Source of the DNA: an uncultured virus (IMG/VR IMGVR_UViG_3300010345_000156) | Lineage: Duplodnaviria; Heunggongvirae; Uroviricota; Caudoviricetes | IMG/VR virus record: IMGVR_UViG_3300010345_000156 | Strand: one strand, 5' to 3' | Length of the DNA stretch: 64,000 nt | Shown: piece after piece, positions 58,529 through 64,000 of the stretch | Layout: each line of letters begins with the position of its first letter | Numbering within the stretch: position 1 is the stretch's first letter | Notes under the pieces: model-generated | Databases searched by the model: none | The model's input: only the letters and a program-made list of their open reading frames with translations | Told to the model about the DNA's origin: nothing | Position numbers and translations under genes: made by a program

Positions 58529-61500
58529 ATGTCAAAATTAAATTTACAGGTAGCTAAAGGAAATGGATTTAATGAGCAGAACAAATATGCTATAAAATTT
58601 GATATAAAAAATTATGATACCTCTGCAATTCCTTTATCTGCGGTGCGAGTAGTTTCTTATGCGTGGTTACAACATAGAAACATTTTAAATCAATTTACTT
58701 CTGGTATAAATTCTACAGGGAATCTTTCAAAGTTTACTACAGAAATTGATCCTTTGAATGGTGTTGGTCAAACTGGTTTAGTAAATTTAAATTTGACAGA
58801 TGTTTCATATAGGGTTTATCATAATGTTGTGAATAGTTCTAAAATTGCTCCACAACTAACTTTAAATGCTCCTAATGGTCAACAGTCACATTATACTCCA
58901 ATATCCTACGCAAATTCTACAGATACTTATTTTGATATTCTATTAAATGATATAATGCCTGAACCTGGATATACTGTCACTTGGTTTCTTCCGGGTTCTT
59001 TAGAAGAGTATGGTACAAGTTCTATTGCCGCTGGCTCTCCTACAATTTCTATAGAAAAGGTTTCAGAATATATTAGAACAAATAATAGAAAATATGATAC
59101 AAAAATTATTTTCTCATGGACTGGAAATTCAAATTCTATAAATCCAAATTGGGGGCTAAAAGATACTGACGTTTATATTAATATTAATCCAACTCTTTAC
59201 CCAAGTTCTTTTATAACATCTTCTTGGTATTCTTCTTTAGATGATAATAATTTTGCTAATGATCCATACTTCATTTTAGAAAAGTGGAATGGATCTTCTT
59301 GGGAAACCGTTCAAGAATATGTTTCTTCAACTGAATTAGACAATCAAACAGGAACACTTTCTACTGATACAAATTTCTTAAAGATTGTTAATGATGGTAT
59401 TGGAGAAAATAAATCGGTTTATATTTCTCCTTATGATATTAATCCAATTTCTGTAAATGCTTCTGATAAAGATAATTTATCACTTTGGTCAAAAAATACA
59501 TTAGATGATAGAAGAAGATCTTTATTAAAATTTGAGACTTCTTCAATTCCTTCATCTGCAACTGGAATTAAAAATGCGGTTCTAAGATTAAATGTAAATT
59601 CTTTGACAAATGCTTGGAATCATTATTCTACAAATGGTCATGTTGCTGTTCATAGAGTTACTTCAAATTGGACGGAAAATTATACTACATGGTCTTTAAA
59701 CACATATGAAAATCCTTGGACTACTCCTGGTGGTGATTATGATCCTACTCCTGCAATTTGGATAGGAAATTCTACACTATCAACTTCATTCACAAGTGCT
59801 GATCAAGAAAACCAATTTTGGATGGATTTTGATGTAACTGATATAGTAAATTATTGGAGATTAAATCCTTCTGAAAATTATGGTTTCTTAATTAAACTTT
59901 ATGATGCTTCTAATGAAAATAATACTTCAGAAATCAAATGGGAAATAAATTCAGGTAGACTTTCTGGAACTGGTGATGTATTAGGTTTACCACAACTTTT
60001 AGTTTCATACAAGACTTTAAATACTTCTGGTGCAACTCCTAATGTAGAAATCAAATCACCAAATACAAATTCTAATATATATAATTCCACGTTCTCTATC
60101 TCAGGAATTTCGAATATTTCTTCTGGACAAGTTGAAGATGTAGATGTTTATTATAGAGAATCTACATCAGTTTTACCATATACTTATTTTAATACTTTGA
60201 ATAATAATGGAGTAAATTCTTGGTATAATACTTTCTCATCTTTATCTTCTGGTTCCTATGATTTTATTTTAAGAGCAGTTTCAGATTTAAGAAATTTTGG
60301 AGAAAGTATTCCGGTAAGATTAAACTTTTTTAATTCACCAGCATTGACAGTAAGTGCTACGGAAGTTTGTAATGATGGACAGATTACATTAAAAGGATTT
60401 TTAGACATATCTAATCAAAGTCCTATTTCAGGAACATTATCATACACTAAACAATATATTCCTTTAGATAAAAAAATTACTTGTATTATTGAAGATAAAG
60501 TTGCTTCTGGAATTGTTTGGGTTGGTACTGAAGGAAATGGTTTATATAGAGTAGATCATTTATCAACTTCAGCAAGGGTAGTAAATTTTAAGACTACTAA
60601 TTCTTCTATATCATATGATTTTATTAACGATATAGATATGGATTCTAATGGAATTTTATGGATATCTTATTCTGGAAATGGAATAGGAATATTTGATTCT
60701 AAGAATTGGAAAACGCATAATCAAAATGATTGGTTTTTGTATGATCATTCAAATTCTTCTTTATCAGCATATCCTTCAAATGCGATAGATGTCTGCGATA
60801 TTCATATAGATTCTTCTGATAATAAATGGTTCTTATTAACTTGGCAAAACACTGATTCTATATTAAAGTTAGTCGGAAATACTTTTATAGATTCTAATAT
60901 CACAAAATATAGTTTAGGTATATATCCAAGAAAGATTGTTACTCAAGGTTCTTATATATTCATTTCGAGTAATGATAATAGAATTTTTAAATATGATTCT
61001 GGATGGTCTTCTTATACTTTACCAACATTTCAAAATATAAATGATATAGATGTAGACTCATATGATACATTATGGTTTGCTACAGATTCTGGTATAGGAA
61101 TTCTTTCAGCAACAACGTTAACAGAGCTTCCATATGATACATTATGGTTTGCTACAGATTCTGGTATAGGAATTCTTTCAGCAACAACGTTAACAGAGCT
61201 TCCAATAAGTTCTACACCATCTTGGCCTTATGGTTTACAAGCAGGATTAGGACAACCAGAAAATAAATTAGCGAAATCTATATTTGTAGGAGTCAATAAT
61301 CAAAAGTGGATTTCTTTTTCAAATGCTAATGGATATAATGGTGGTGTTGTTAGATATGCTTGGAGTAATCTTTCTCAAAATGGTTTAGATAATTATTTTG
61401 AAAGTTTTGATTCTAAAAGATATTCTGGTATTACTTCTGATAATGTAGTTAAAACAATTCAATTATCTGCTAATGGTTATGTTTGGATTGTAACTGATCA

Positions 61501-64000
61501 AGGTCTTTCAAATATAAATGGATATACTAGAACAAACTTTTCTTTAGATGAACTTAATACACCAATCATTTTAGATAATGGGTCTTTCCAAGTTAATGTA
61601 TCGAATCCAGTTTATGGTAATACTAATTTTGAAGTAGATTTCGAATATGCTTCTGGAGAACATTTTACTAGTTCTTTTAATATAAATGTTTCGACAACTC
61701 CTAATATAGAAGTTAAATATCCTACAGCATATTTAAATACCGTTCCTAGTAATATACAATCAAAAGTTTTAGAATATGAAGTTTCTGATAATGATGCTCA
61801 AAATGGTGCTACTGTTACCGTTCAAGTTAAAAAATCTCCTACACAAAATGGTCCTTGGACAACTCAATATACTTATTACAATTCTTTAAAATATCCTATC
61901 TATGAAACTCTTTCTCCAGAAGATTTATATTATCTAAAAGTTGAAACAACAAATGGATCATGTTCTGCTGAAAGTGAAATTTATACTATATATGGAAATA
62001 ATACTTCTACATTAAATATAAATCCAATTACAGAACAATATACAACAGAAGATATATTGAATGTTACTGGAAATGTTTATAATAAAGATTTTTCTAAAGT
62101 TTTATTAGTTAATGGAAATAGTTATACAGATTCTTTAGATAGTTTAGAGTTTGGTTATATAACATCTTCTGGATTTATTTCTGTAGGGTTTGGAACAATT
62201 ATTTCTACAATAGGTTCAAGTGCAAATTTTAGCTTCTCTTGGACATCTCCTATTGTTGGAGTATCGTTATTATCAGCAATTTCAAGGACTAAATTTGGAA
62301 CAGTTGCTTATGGTGAAGTTACATTTAATGCAATTACACAAAGACCAACGATAACAATAATTTCTCCAAATAGTAATCAAGAAATTGCTTTATTACAAGA
62401 TTTTACATTAAGTGCTTCTACTGCTTACTTAACAAATCCTGTAGAAAGTTTAAATTTTTATATAGTAAATGATAGTATAGTTTCTGCTATAGGTTCTGCT
62501 ACATCTGCTGGGATAAATTCTTGGTCCAAATCTTTTTCTCCTTCAGCATATGGTCCAGGAAGATATTCGATTTATGCAACATGTTTAGATAATTTAAGTT
62601 TATCAGCATCTTCAAATTATGTAGATATTACAATAAACTCTTTACCAGAATATTTTCAAATATCAGAAACTTCTTCTACACATTCTGGAATTTATACTTA
62701 TCAAATTAAAATTTCTGATGTAGATTCTTATTATAATAATTTGGTTGAAATAATATCTGCTGGATCGGTTTACACTTCTGGTTATGCAAATGGATTTGGA
62801 GATTTTATTTGGAATTGGGTAAATCCTCCAAACGGAATTCATAATCTATCAGCAAAAATTTATGATGGTAATCCAAGTGTTTCTTCAGATTACTCAATAT
62901 TTCCATTCACTTTAGATCTGAATAAAATCGAAATTTCAGTTTCTTATCCAAGTTATCCTTTAGCTAGGGTGAATAATTTAGAAATTTCTCCATCAGTGAA
63001 GGTGATAACGACTGATACAAATGTTATAGCAACACCTTCTATAATTGGTGATGTTTCTGAAGTAAATTATTGGTTATGTGATTATGATTTTTCTACAAGT
63101 TCTTATTATAAAAAAGAAATTTTAGAAACTTCTGTAACAAATCCATATGATGTAAGTTTTAATTTACCATCTTCTAGAAAATTTGTTAACACTTCTTCCA
63201 GATATAATTTCTATGGGGTTATTGCTGAAGCAGTTTCTACAAATGGTTCTTCAATAGAATCTGATATAACTTATTTTTATGTAAAAGAGCAAAGCGTATC
63301 TGGAGATATTTTTAATAATACTTGTTCAAATCCAATTATTTTCTCAGGGGAATTTTTAGATTCAGATCTTCCATTCTCTAGATTGAACACCATTATAGAT
63401 AATTCAATTTCAGCAACTGTCTACGAACTAACTTCTGGAACATATCTAGGAACCGTCTCACAAGGCTCTAGAATCAATGAGAATATTCCATATACATATT
63501 CTTGGTCAAATCCTTTATCATCGGTTTCTGCGGTATCTGTGAGGCTTGTAGATGCTTATGGAATATCTGCATCACAAACAATTGATTATGGTGGATTAGA
63601 TGTTCGACCAGAAATTTCTTTATTATCTGGAATGAATTTTATTGCGAGTACTTTTGGAACATTTTATCTAGTATCTGCTGGGAATGTTTCGGTTTCTGCT
63701 TATACTTCTGCTTCAAAGATTAAGGAAGTAAGTTTTAGATTTCAAACATCTTCTGTAGAAACTATTAGCGCAGATGTTAATAAAGTTGGAGTGATAAATG
63801 TTCCAAATACTGATGGAAGTTTTTCTCTACAAGCTTATGTAAAGACATCTGGAAATTGTGAAGATTATTCTGATCCATATTATTTTGTAGCATTAAGACA
63901 AATTTCTGGAAATATCTATCCTGATAACTGTTCTACATGTTATTGTAATGGTGGTAATTTAAGAATCGCTGGAAACTTATACGATCCAAATTTTGAAAAT
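58529..64000 (+). CDS. giant multidomain virion/baseplate protein, truncated by window end: DNRLRE/CBM96-like domain, Ig-like repeats, beta-propeller
   Basis: Absent from ORF track because it has no stop in the window; RRSLLKF...WTE..TTW..PWTTPGGDY...FDVTDIV..W...NYGFL; propeller repeats VWVGTEGNGL, LWIS, LWFAT. Confidence 0.85.
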   Translation, partial: MSKLNLQVAKGNGFNEQNKYAIKFDIKNYDTSAIPLSAVRVVSYAWLQHRNILNQFTSGINSTGNLSKFTTEIDPLNGVGQTGLVNLNLTDVSYRVYHNVVNSSKIAPQLTLNAPNGQQSHYTPISYANSTDTYFDILLNDIMPEPGYTVTWFLPGSLEEYGTSSIAAGSPTISIEKVSEYIRTNNRKYDTKIIFSWTGNSNSINPNWGLKDTDVYININPTLYPSSFITSSWYSSLDDNNFANDPYFILEKWNGSSWETVQEYVSSTELDNQTGTLSTDTNFLKIVNDGIGENKSVYISPYDINPISVNASDKDNLSLWSKNTLDDRRRSLLKFETSSIPSSATGIKNAVLRLNVNSLTNAWNHYSTNGHVAVHRVTSNWTENYTTWSLNTYENPWTTPGGDYDPTPAIWIGNSTLSTSFTSADQENQFWMDFDVTDIVNYWRLNPSENYGFLIKLYDASNENNTSEIKWEINSGRLSGTGDVLGLPQLLVSYKTLNTSGATPNVEIKSPNTNSNIYNSTFSISGISNISSGQVEDVDVYYRESTSVLPYTYFNTLNNNGVNSWYNTFSSLSSGSYDFILRAVSDLRNFGESIPVRLNFFNSPALTVSATEVCNDGQITLKGFLDISNQSPISGTLSYTKQYIPLDKKITCIIEDKVASGIVWVGTEGNGLYRVDHLSTSARVVNFKTTNSSISYDFINDIDMDSNGILWISYSGNGIGIFDSKNWKTHNQNDWFLYDHSNSSLSAYPSNAIDVCDIHIDSSDNKWFLLTWQNTDSILKLVGNTFIDSNITKYSLGIYPRKIVTQGSYIFISSNDNRIFKYDSGWSSYTLPTFQNINDIDVDSYDTLWFATDSGIGILSATTLTELPYDTLWFATDSGIGILSATTLTELPISSTPSWPYGLQAGLGQPENKLAKSIFVGVNNQKWISFSNANGYNGGVVRYAWSNLSQNGLDNYFESFDSKRYSGITSDNVVKTIQLSANGYVWIVTDQGLSNINGYTRTNFSLDELNTPIILDNGSFQVNVSNPVYGNTNFEVDFEYASGEHFTSSFNINVSTTPNIEVKYPTAYLNTVPSNIQSKVLEYEVSDNDAQNGATVTVQVKKSPTQNGPWTTQYTYYNSLKYPIYETLSPEDLYYLKVETTNGSCSAESEIYTIYGNNTSTLNINPITEQYTTEDILNVTGNVYNKDFSKVLLVNGNSYTDSLDSLEFGYITSSGFISVGFGTIISTIGSSANFSFSWTSPIVGVSLLSAISRTKFGTVAYGEVTFNAITQRPTITIISPNSNQEIALLQDFTLSASTAYLTNPVESLNFYIVNDSIVSAIGSATSAGINSWSKSFSPSAYGPGRYSIYATCLDNLSLSASSNYVDITINSLPEYFQISETSSTHSGIYTYQIKISDVDSYYNNLVEIISAGSVYTSGYANGFGDFIWNWVNPPNGIHNLSAKIYDGNPSVSSDYSIFPFTLDLNKIEISVSYPSYPLARVNNLEISPSVKVITTDTNVIATPSIIGDVSEVNYWLCDYDFSTSSYYKKEILETSVTNPYDVSFNLPSSRKFVNTSSRYNFYGVIAEAVSTNGSSIESDITYFYVKEQSVSGDIFNNTCSNPIIFSGEFLDSDLPFSRLNTIIDNSISATVYELTSGTYLGTVSQGSRINENIPYTYSWSNPLSSVSAVSVRLVDAYGISASQTIDYGGLDVRPEISLLSGMNFIASTFGTFYLVSAGNVSVSAYTSASKIKEVSFRFQTSSVETISADVNKVGVINVPNTDGSFSLQAYVKTSGNCEDYSDPYYFVALRQISGNIYPDNCSTCYCNGGNLRIAGNLYDPNFEN
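61059..61202 (+). repeat. exact in-frame 72-bp tandem duplication
   Basis: 61059-61130 equals 61131-61202 (YDTLWFATDSGIGILSATTLTELP twice). Confidence 0.92.

Noticed and set aside
7943..60090. Many short antisense or alternate-frame ORFs in the track (e.g. 9952, 12835, 22534, 27398, 51257, 59899)
   Set aside because: Shadows of well-supported plus-strand genes.
1..64000. CRISPR array, tRNA genes, DGR
   Set aside because: No repeat-spacer periodicity, cloverleafs or reverse transcriptase seen; fibre repeat differences are not adenine-specific.
1..64000. Stop-codon reassignment
   Set aside because: Core genes are full length under the standard code; TAG stops at 10441 and 47932 are followed by genes in other frames.

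Overview
AT-rich, standard-code segment of a large T4-like myovirus genome. It opens with the N-terminal part of a gp46-like ATPase on the minus strand, an HNH endonuclease and a ~1.4 kb non-coding, structure-rich region. A plus-strand late cluster follows: UvsY, UvsW, neck (gp13, two gp14), portal gp20, protease gp21, scaffold gp22, capsid gp23, gp15, a 2,088-aa tail fibre, terminases gp16/gp17, sheath gp18, tube gp19, baseplate genes and a >1,800-aa multidomain protein running off the end. A 4.6 kb block (GH5 gene, hypothetical gene, portal) is tandemly duplicated. The best candidate for a novel system is virion-wide surface modification: Ser-Ala dipeptides are strongly enriched in exposed virion proteins and nearly absent from buried or enzymatic ones, and two glycosyltransferases sit inside the structural operon. 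Other leads are a promoter-driven structured RNA, two late micro-transcripts, leaderless late genes, GC-recoded patches on conserved motifs, a swappable anchor-plus-enzyme cassette around the portal, a catalytically dead terminase paralog and a possible gp26/gp51 frameshift. All calls come from motif recognition by eye; counts are hand counts and no searches were run.
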